From the NCBI GenBank assembly GCA_951406725.2, contig OX597825.1:64356001-64420000 (forward strand): a stretch of DNA of 64,000 nucleotides. Direction: 5' to 3'. The translations under genes and the position numbers were made by a program. Position 1 is the first letter of the stretch. Every line of letters starts with the position of its first letter. The DNA comes from Octopus vulgaris. Its lineage: Eukaryota. Below are positions 55,006 to 64,000 of this stretch, piece by piece. The notes under the pieces were generated by a model. That model did not search any database and was not told where the DNA came from. It saw nothing but the letters and a program-made list of their open reading frames with translations.

Positions 55006-55807
55006 AATTCATATACATACAGTTATACTGACATATATATATATCGATATATAAAAACATACTGATATTTGTAATTGCATACACGGAAGAAAAATGTCAT
55101 TTATGGTACAATTTTGGGAATACAGGCAGGAATTAGAAGAGATAAAGAATATTCAAGCTTAGTTATAGCACATAATCTTTACCATAAATATCACAGATTT
55201 ATGTACTTCTGTATAATTTTGTGTATTCGTTTGATTTCCAGAATCATAGCTCTTTCTCATGCCTGCAGGTAGCTTGTGCGGCTGCATGCTTTCTTCCTTG
55301 GGCAAATCATTCCATTTTATATTGCTTTGATTCATCTTGCTGAAAGCAAGTTGCATCTACATCAGAATACCGTCTCGGAGATTTTTCTTCCAAAATCATG
55401 CAAAAAAATATTGTTAACACTTTTAATGACAATGTTACACTGTATAAGTAAAGGAGGATCGAAATCCCATTTAGACTCGTGAATATCAGTGTTTAAGGCT
55501 TAATCAACGCATTTTCATCAATTTTCTTTAGAGCACTATTTAATTATTTATTTATTTTGGAAGTTGTGATATGCATTCAAATTCTGTGCCACAAGAAAAT
55601 GAGGGTTGTAGAGTTCATATTTATCTATCAATAAGTTGAAATTAACTTTTGCTTGTTTCCAAAGTGCAGTTGCAGTTTCATTCCAAACATTTTAAGTCAA
55701 TGTGCAAATCCAGGCATGGTATATCAACATGCCTTTCTATAATTGTAATATTAATTCTATGCTCTATTGTAATGCTAATAACTGAAATGTCATAAGAATA
55801 TTGTATG

Positions 55808-55873
<66 letters not shown>

Positions 55874-55877
55874 TGTA

Positions 55878-55953
<76 letters not shown>

Positions 55954-56164
55954 GCATCTCGGCCCAAAGATTGTAGCCGTGCTGGGGCAGCAACAATTAT
56001 CACTTTCTGAATGATCATTTTTATAAGATTAGCTTTTCGTGAAGGAGAGAGTTCTAAAATAATGTTTCTTGCTGTGGTGTGTATGTTTGTGTGTGTGGGT
56101 TTGCGTGTGTGCTTGTGTGTGTGTCTGTGTTTGTGTGTGTGTGTGTGTGCGTTATGCATTTCGA

Positions 56165-56650
56165 TGCAAGTGAGGACCACCGAAAAATGTCATGATTAAC
56201 TTCCCACAGTTCTCTCAGTTCACAACACGCATTCAGCAATGAATGCTTTTGATCTTCCGTGAGCAAACGAAGCACAAATCTTGTTGCAACTGTTTTCATT
56301 TGCAATTCATCGCTGAAAACTCGTTGGCAGGAGCTCCAGGACACACCAGTCATATCAACAAGTTCGTCACTTGTTCGGCGACTGTCCTCCAAGGTCGGTT
56401 CGTGAATTTTCTTGAAAACGGCACCTAAACTTCTCTTTTGCTTATGGCAAGGTCCTTGCAAGGTGTTTGAAGCAGATAACTGTTTCAGCTGCTGTTTTCC
56501 CTAGCAGAAAACAGAACTTAACGGAAGCACACAGTTTCTTCGTTTCCGCCATCGAAGAAATCAACGATAGGGGAGAAGCACTCTAAAACAAAAACGCACC
56601 ATATGACAGTAGGACAATATGTGACAACGCCGGTCGGCAGACTGATACCA
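56165..56650 (-). mobile_element. Mariner transposase relic (N-terminal HTH region)
   Basis: FC..GKTAAETV; EDSRRTSDELVDMTGVSWSSCQRVFSDELQMKTVATRFVLRLLTEDQK (cf. WVPRLLT). Confidence 0.8.
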
Positions 56651-59021
56651 GACGGTTGCATTGTGTTTGTGTGTGTATGAGAGAGAGACAGCATATGTAT
56701 AAGAAAGAGTTCTTGACACTCATGCAACATACTTCAATTAGCTAAATAGAATTTCATGAAAATGATTGATTATATTTTAGTCTAGACCGACAGACGCTTA
56801 CTGCTTTGTCAACTAGCGTCAAATACATATTAAGAATAAAAATATACTTTATTTAAAGAGCAAGCATTTCTTCCACAAAGATCGGAATATTATCTTATTA
56901 ATACAGTTTTGCATTATGCGGTTGCCCGTGTTTCTGTTAGCATGACCAAATTTACTAATATGGGTTTATTTCGCTACATGGTCGCACGGTTGAGTGACAC
57001 AATTGGTGGACGGTTTCATAAAGATGTGATAATATTAAAAATACTTCGACATATTTTCCTTGATTTTAGACTCACCAGAAAAAATATTCTACAATAGTTA
57101 TGTTATGATAAACGTTTCCTTCTATACTGTTCTTTTGGAAAGCAGCGATACACAAGTTTGATATATGTGACCTTCAAAATCTTCAGTACTTACACTTATA
57201 TTCCTCCAAATGTTTTGCAATATAATACAAAAGAGAGAGACTGACTTACCTGAATTGGATTCATATCCCTAAAGGAAGAAACACGTTTTATTAATAGGAT
57301 TATATTCACCAGTCTTTCGTCAATGAAAAAAAAGGTTTGGTTGGATCATACTTTGTTTTATACGAGTATATACATAAAAGCCATAGAAATGAGTGCAATG
57401 GAAAGTGAAGACATAACAAAAAGCTATTTATGATTATCCATCAGCATCTCCGTAGAAAATTGCGTTACAGTAATATAGTTGATTGTTATTACGTAAATGT
57501 AAGTATACTCACATAATTTTCTGAAGATCAGACTAGTACAGATATACACTAAATGCCATTTAATTTGTAAAATTTCAATTCTCCGACAATACAAACGATC
57601 CATCAGCCGGCTGTTAAAATTTTTGCACCCAATACATTTCATTATCGATTTCTATTATATTTATGTTCTTTTAATAATGTCATTTCATACTTTATTTTTC
57701 TTAACAATTTTTCAATTGTCCGCGAAAATGGCTGTTCTCTATCTTTCTCTAGACAGACAATAATCATTATGTTTGTACAGTATTAATTAAATTAGAACTT
57801 TAAGTATTCAATAAATTTCTGATAATTAAAATATATAAAATCAAATAATACAAATTCTATTATTGACGAATAACCTACAACAACACTTCTGAGTTTTGTT
57901 TCAAAATGTTTCGTATTATGTTCCCAAATTGTTGAGTTCAAATTTCGCTGAGGTCAACTTTGTTTTCCATACTTCCGGGGTCGATAAAATAAATATCGGT
58001 CAAGCAATCAAATTTTCTGACGCTCTGCCAAATATTCATTGCATTATTTGTTTCTGAATTTATGCTCTGATTTAGAAGCGGGAAACGGTAATCTTTAACT
58101 TTCACAATTCCAGGGTCAATAAGGAAGTACCAAAGCAGGTACGGAGAGTAAAGGAAGTTTTAGAAATAACAGAAATGGATCGCTTTGTAGTATTTGCTTA
58201 GGTTTTGGCATTCTAAGTTCAAGTCTCGCCCCGTCGAGCCCCCCCCCAAAAAAAAAAATGCTTACACATATTTCAGGAATTGTGTCTCTACCGACAGTAT
58301 ATATATACTTTGAAAGAATACAAAGGAAGCAATAGATTACCTTGTTTCGACCAAAACGAATGCCATGGCGAAACGGCTATTAGAAATTTGTGTGTAATAT
58401 ATCCTTAGTTAAGGGATATAAAATACATATGAATCTCATAGTTTAGTGGTCTCTATAGTGTTTGATATTATTTGTGTCCTTGATGTTAGCAATAAGCTTT
58501 TTAACCTAACTATGGGGAGCAAAAAAACATAGTTAGTTACAGACATATTTAGTGCAGTAAGCCAAAAATAATTAATTAATTACAGTGTCAGCGAGATGTA
58601 AAACTAATTAGCATTGATGAAAATGACACACAAACGAGTCAACGAGAGCAACCTAAATTTCAAATAAACATTGAAATTTTGGAGATTCTCCGTTTGGCCA
58701 TATTTTAATTTCTTTTCCTTAATATAGAACTTTTCTCTTTTTAGTGGCGTGGCTTTTTTTCTTTTTCTTTCCAATGTGTGTTTTTTTCGCGACTGACTTA
58801 ATTTGTTCATTATCACATGCTTATCAATGTCGTCACAAACATGGTGGAACTACTGGTGGTGGTGGTGGTGGGGAACCAGTACTTGTCATTCGGGGAATAT
58901 GCTTGTTATGTCGCAATTTTTGAAATATGGTGGGGAGAGTGTCGTTCTCCATCTCCAGAGCTTCGACAATAGATATGTGGTAGTTTTAAAAAAGAGACTC
59001 TGAGAACTATTATGGCTATTT

Positions 59022-59079
<58 letters not shown>

Positions 59080-60794
59080 ACTATCTCTCATTCTAACTCC
59101 CCATATTTTCTTCGCTCTCCCCATCCGTTTTCATCTATCTCATGCTCTCATTCGTTCCTTCTTTCCCATCTTCAATACAAATATCGAAGTCACAGCTGTA
59201 AGACTGATATTTGTGTCTTGTACAAAAAGTCATATAATCTTACACTCCGCACCAACGATGAGGCATTGTTTCCATATGGTTGTGAGATCTTCAGGACTCT
59301 ACATAATTGATAGGGGTACCATTTGGACCTGACCGAGGTTTGTGGATATATAAACAGCTGCCCTGCATTAGTAAATTGTGGAGCTATATAAAACACCTGC
59401 AGTCACGTGCAGAAAAGATCCTATTCCCTGACTCCATCTTGAAGACTACTCTACCACCTTAAGTTGGCCTAGAAGCGCTAGTATTTCGGTAGCTATGGTG
59501 AGAGAGGTTTTGTGAGGGATGTGACAGGAAGAACTTAATATTGACACGATGTTCTTCGGCCAGGCCCTCATAGAATTTTCAGTTTCTACTTAAAAAACAT
59601 GAAATCGCTGAAGAAGGAGTTGTGCACGCTCCAGTTATCTATTGAAACATGAGTTAATGTGAAGAGGAAGGTTTGACTGAGTCTCAACTGGGCATGCACC
59701 TGTAAACTAGAGAGAATAGATGAGTGAAGTTACCAATCTAAGGGCCTTAAGCGATTGAATTGATTTCTGATGGACTTACAGCAATACAAAGCCTGTATTT
59801 TATATATTTTTTACCTCTGTACTTGCAATTGCTAAAACAGCGATGTGGTCCTGTGGTTTATAACATTCATAATATTTTAAAGATTCTGATGATATTTGCC
59901 CACACGTCATACCGCACCATCACATACCGCTACGCACTCGCCGAACATTTACTACAATTAGGAAAATAAATGAGGTGTGTATGGTATTGGAAATGCACCA
60001 GATAGATATAGCTTAAGTACAGATATAAACACTCAGATGAAGATTTTGAAATTCATACAGACTGTACAATAAAACATACCTTCGATGAATTATAGGATGC
60101 TATCTCAAATATCGTACAAGTTTGCTTCGTTTAGTTCAGTGTTTGAGGGTAAAAGTACATCTACACTCTTTCAGATTTTCCTGATACGCTCCTGAGAAAA
60201 GTTTTTGGACAAGTAGAGAGAGACTTTTGGAGCACATTTCTACCAGTAAATAGTTACAGCCACAATCTGTCTATATCTACAAATTCCCTATTTTCAGGCT
60301 ATTATTGCAAATCTGATTACATTATCACTCAGCAACATGTATGTCTGTGAGTGCTGTCAATGTCAGTTGCTGATATTGTCACTCATTTCTCGTTGCCTAG
60401 CGAGTTACCAAAGTAACTTACGTCACTATATTTTTGTTATTCCTTGCTTTAGCCTTCAAAACTATATGCAATTTGCTGCAAACAGGTCTCCTCGCATTGT
60501 TGTTCACTGTCTAAAGAAAATTATTTTATATTCTCTTCTATTTTGTAGAGCGATAGCTATCTTGACTTGTCTTATTCGTCACATTGAAATACCTGACAGC
60601 AGAGAAATATTTCTTTTATTTTAGTTTTGCTTTTCTAAAATCACAAAAATACCAGTAATAAAATTTTACACTTCCATGAAGACGGTTCACGTAAATTCCT
60701 TTCGGTTTGACACAAATAAGATAGATCCTTCTGAAATCAGACAAATGATATGTGGCAGGTATTGTGGGGTTGATAAATGATTGTCATTCCAGCT

Positions 60795-61120
60795 AAAGGT
60801 ACAAGGCCTGAAAGTTTGGAGGTGGGGACCAGTCAATTACATCCACATGAGTGTTTAATTTGTATTTAGTTGATCGACACTGAAAGGATGAAAGACAAAG
60901 TCGACCAAGGGAGAATTTGAACTAAAAACGTAAAGACGGACGAAATGCCGCTAAGCATTTTGCTCGGCGTGCTAACGAATCTGTCAGATCGCTTCATAAT
61001 AAGTAATCTTTTCTACTATAGGCACAAGGCTTTAAATTTGAAGGGAGCGGGTTAGTCGATGATGTCGGCCCCAGTGCTTCACTGGTACTCATCAACCCCG
61101 AAAGGATGGAAGACAAAGTG
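60795..61120 (-). mobile_element. Two SINE family A-related copies (variant tail)
   Basis: gaaaggatgaaagacaaagtcgacc..gaatttgaact..cgaaatgccgctaagcatttt..cggcgtgctaacg, plus a second partial core. Confidence 0.7.
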
Positions 61121-61559
61121 GTTTCCGATAGGCTAAAATTGCCCAAAATTTCCAAACTTTGAAAACTATTAGCTCTTTATTGATTTATGGCGAAAATGAA
61201 TTTCATGTCAATAATCTCCATACACAAATTCATCAACGCACCAAATATGAACTCATTGGAACAAAGGTTGAAGAAACAGAATAGATCCAGAAAACATTTA
61301 TGCAGGTTGACGCTAAATAATATCTTTTCGAAAATAAAACTCAAACACTTTAGAATGATATTAGAAGAGTACCAGCAGATTATGAATATGGGAGATACTT
61401 TGCACGAAAATCGGACCGAATTAAAAGTTGAGCTTCCAGAAAATTTACAAAATCACAGAGTTCATCCATCTGGAGATTGAGGGCGCTACGCGAGTGATAA
61501 TACGAGGAATGAGGTCCAGATGATACTCGTGTGGCAGTAAGGAACAATAGCAGGCGTTC

Positions 61560-61920
61560 TGACCCCACACAAAACCAAAAATCCATTTACTGCCCACATC
61601 ACAGAAACAATATTAATATCCCCAACACCAGCATTAGGGCCTTCAATGCAAGTGGTCTGGGAAGAAAGGTCACGTACTCAACGACATTAGATCACTTAAC
61701 TTAGATGTGATAGCCATTACTTAAACCAGAGTGTCTGTGACGCACTCACACAGTCTACATTTTGACAACTACAAGACGTACTTATCATGTTGTCTGATAG
61801 GATCGGGCGGTGGAGTATCTGTCCTTTTCTGGAAAGAACTAAATCCAGCACATAGGTTTATGACACTGGATGTGAAGGACAGTGAAGGTAGTACTTTAGA
61901 CTGCAACCACTGGCAGTAGA
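61560..61920 (+). mobile_element. Degenerate APE-endonuclease LINE fragment (Tx1/L1-like)
   Basis: IRAFNASGLG...DVIAIT*TR...YLSC...GGGVSVLF...FMTLDV matches APE N-terminal motifs. Confidence 0.6.
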
Positions 61921-62851
61921 CAACTAGATTTCTTTAGACGTCTAGAAACTTTTCTAGCAGCACTATGCACTTTATGGCTAATAGTGTTTTCCACGCATGA
62001 TGTGACTGCGTAAGAGTAAACCATACAGGGTGATGGAAAAGCCGCAAAAGTATGCTCAGACGTTTCCATCTGTCAGAAAGGAGCGACTGTGTTACCTACA
62101 CGTGCCAATGTGCACTTGAAGCAACCATCATGCGTCTTCGTTTACACGGGGCACAAGTGGTCGGACGATCTTGGGGCATCTTCTTATAAGTTTCTGTCCA
62201 GTCCATTATATATTTTTAAATCATAATCGAGCAGGTAGCCCATACCTGTTATATTACTGGGTCTTTAATTTCCCACTGGGAAAGATTTCCAATGCAAATA
62301 TAATCCGACTGCTATACACAATTACTTAATACTTGAAATTTCATTCTTGTTTCCCCCAGTTAAACTAAAATGCTACTTCTCATATTATAATTTAATCAGA
62401 TATTTCACATAGTTTATTTCGACATGTATTATTTCTTACTGGTTCCCATATCTGTAGAAGATATTTAGCGATTCCCAAAGCTCGTCAGATATGTATTTAA
62501 TATCCAATATAGGAACATCTGGCTTGATGAGTGAAAATAAGAATGATTTAATATATACTTTGTTACAAGATGCTCCAGTTCTCCATTGAAACACATATGC
62601 ATACATGAAACGGAGAATGGTGTATATATCAACATATGAACTGTTAGAGTGTGCAAGTACGTTCTTCTGTAATCATGTATATATACATGTACTAATGTAC
62701 AGAGACAGACACACGTACACTCAGACGCTCGCACGGACGCATATACACACACACGCGCGCATACACACAGATATAGATGTAGATAATGCTTTGGATATAG
62801 CTATGGAGATCAGTATATGAAGGAATGCATATGTGTGCAGAAGTATGTATG

Positions 62852-62915
<64 letters not shown>

Positions 62916-63645
62916 TATGTATGTTATATTATTTCGTATTATATATGATATACTACAAATAAACACACTCGTGATATACAAACATGTATGCGCAGAAAGA
63001 TACATGTGTGTATATGCAAATATATATATAGAGAGGGGGAGGAGAGAGGGAGGGGGAGAGAGGATGGGAGAGAGAACGAAGGGAGAGAGGATACGTATAG
63101 AAAACAGGAAGGGTGCGCTAAAGTGTGAATTAATGTGTTGGAGAATATGGAAGAATAGAATCTCATCACAATTATTTGAACTAAGTCTCAGCTTTGATAT
63201 ATGATACGTGCTCTTCTATAATAATGGTCTTTGTTACAAAGACTAACAAGCAATGACAAAGAAACAAAATACTACGTATGTTGAACTTATGTAAAGCAAG
63301 TTTTGCACACATTATAAGACAATATTCGTACAAGACATGACTATACATAAAGTTTGGCTAACCGTTGTTGTCTGCATAAAACACGACTGACTAACACACA
63401 TTGGGTATGTGCGTGAACAACTGACATATTTTAGTCGATGTGGACGGGGGGAAAAACTGGGGCTGGTTAAAGAGTGAAATGAAATGAATCGTAATGAATA
63501 GAGCACTGACAAAACTTGTGTGATTGTGTGAATAAATAGAAATTATAAAGAACGCAAAAGTATCACAAAAGATGTGTTATAGAGATAGAACTTGAAAGCA
63601 TGTGTGCACAGTCATTTAGGATGCACACGCACACACACACACACA

Positions 63646-64000
63646 CGCTGTGTGGTAAGTAGCTTGCTAACCAACCACATGGTTCCGGGTTCAGTTCCAC
63701 TACGTGGCATCTTGGGCAAGTGTCTTCTGCTATAGCCCCGGGCTGACCAATGCCTTGTGAGTGGATTTGGTAGACGGAAACTGAAAGAAGACCGTCGTAT
63801 ATATGTACATATATATATGTATGTGTGTGTATATGTTTGTCTGTGTTTGTCTGTGTTTGTCCCTCTAGCATTGCTTGACAACCGCTGCTGGTGTGTTTAC
63901 GTCCCCGTCACTTAGCGGTTCGGCAAAAGTCCGATAGAATAAGTACTAGGCTTACAAAGAATAAGTCCTGGGGTCGATTTGCTCGACTAAAGGCGGTGAT
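63646..64000 (+). mobile_element. SINE family B (runs off window end)
   Basis: Close match to the reverse complement of 3470-3800. Confidence 0.9.

Noticed and set aside
55140-55480. Short coding-looking stretches (also 17890-18620, 51350-51550, 52780-52980, 60200-60720)
   Set aside because: Possibly decayed transposon sequence, but no motif could be recognised with confidence.
59605-59655. CTGAAGA-ggag...ctcc...GAAAC possible hammerhead
   Set aside because: 11 extra nucleotides before GAAA and no convincing stem I; at best a decayed relic.

Overview
AT-rich, repeat-saturated eukaryotic non-coding DNA. The SINE repertoire resembles octopus/cephalopod SINEs (recalled, not searched). No host protein-coding gene can be supported, and nearly all listed ORFs are microsatellite or SINE artefacts. 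The main feature is a 5'-truncated, ~4.7 kb Penelope-like retroelement (minus strand, 7407-12124) sitting between two (TA)n tracts. It encodes RT, a Cys-rich linker and GIY-YIG (Neptune-type). Its ~3 kb 3' region has G-poor (CA/TACA) spacers, two GC-rich hairpin-dense islands and a terminal minimal hammerhead ribozyme. Six minimal type I hammerhead motifs from three different sequence families occur in the window. All are next to (TA)n and all have a CC-type core (CCGA.., one decayed to CCAA..) instead of CUGA. Two of them form an inverted pair. Also present: three tRNA-derived SINE families (several with TSDs or as head-to-tail multimers), (TAA)n-associated R4/Dong-like fragments, RTE and APE-LINE fragments, two Tc1/mariner relics, a 300-bp palindromic MITE-like element, a hAT-like MITE nested in a SINE, local tandem duplications and many long microsatellites.
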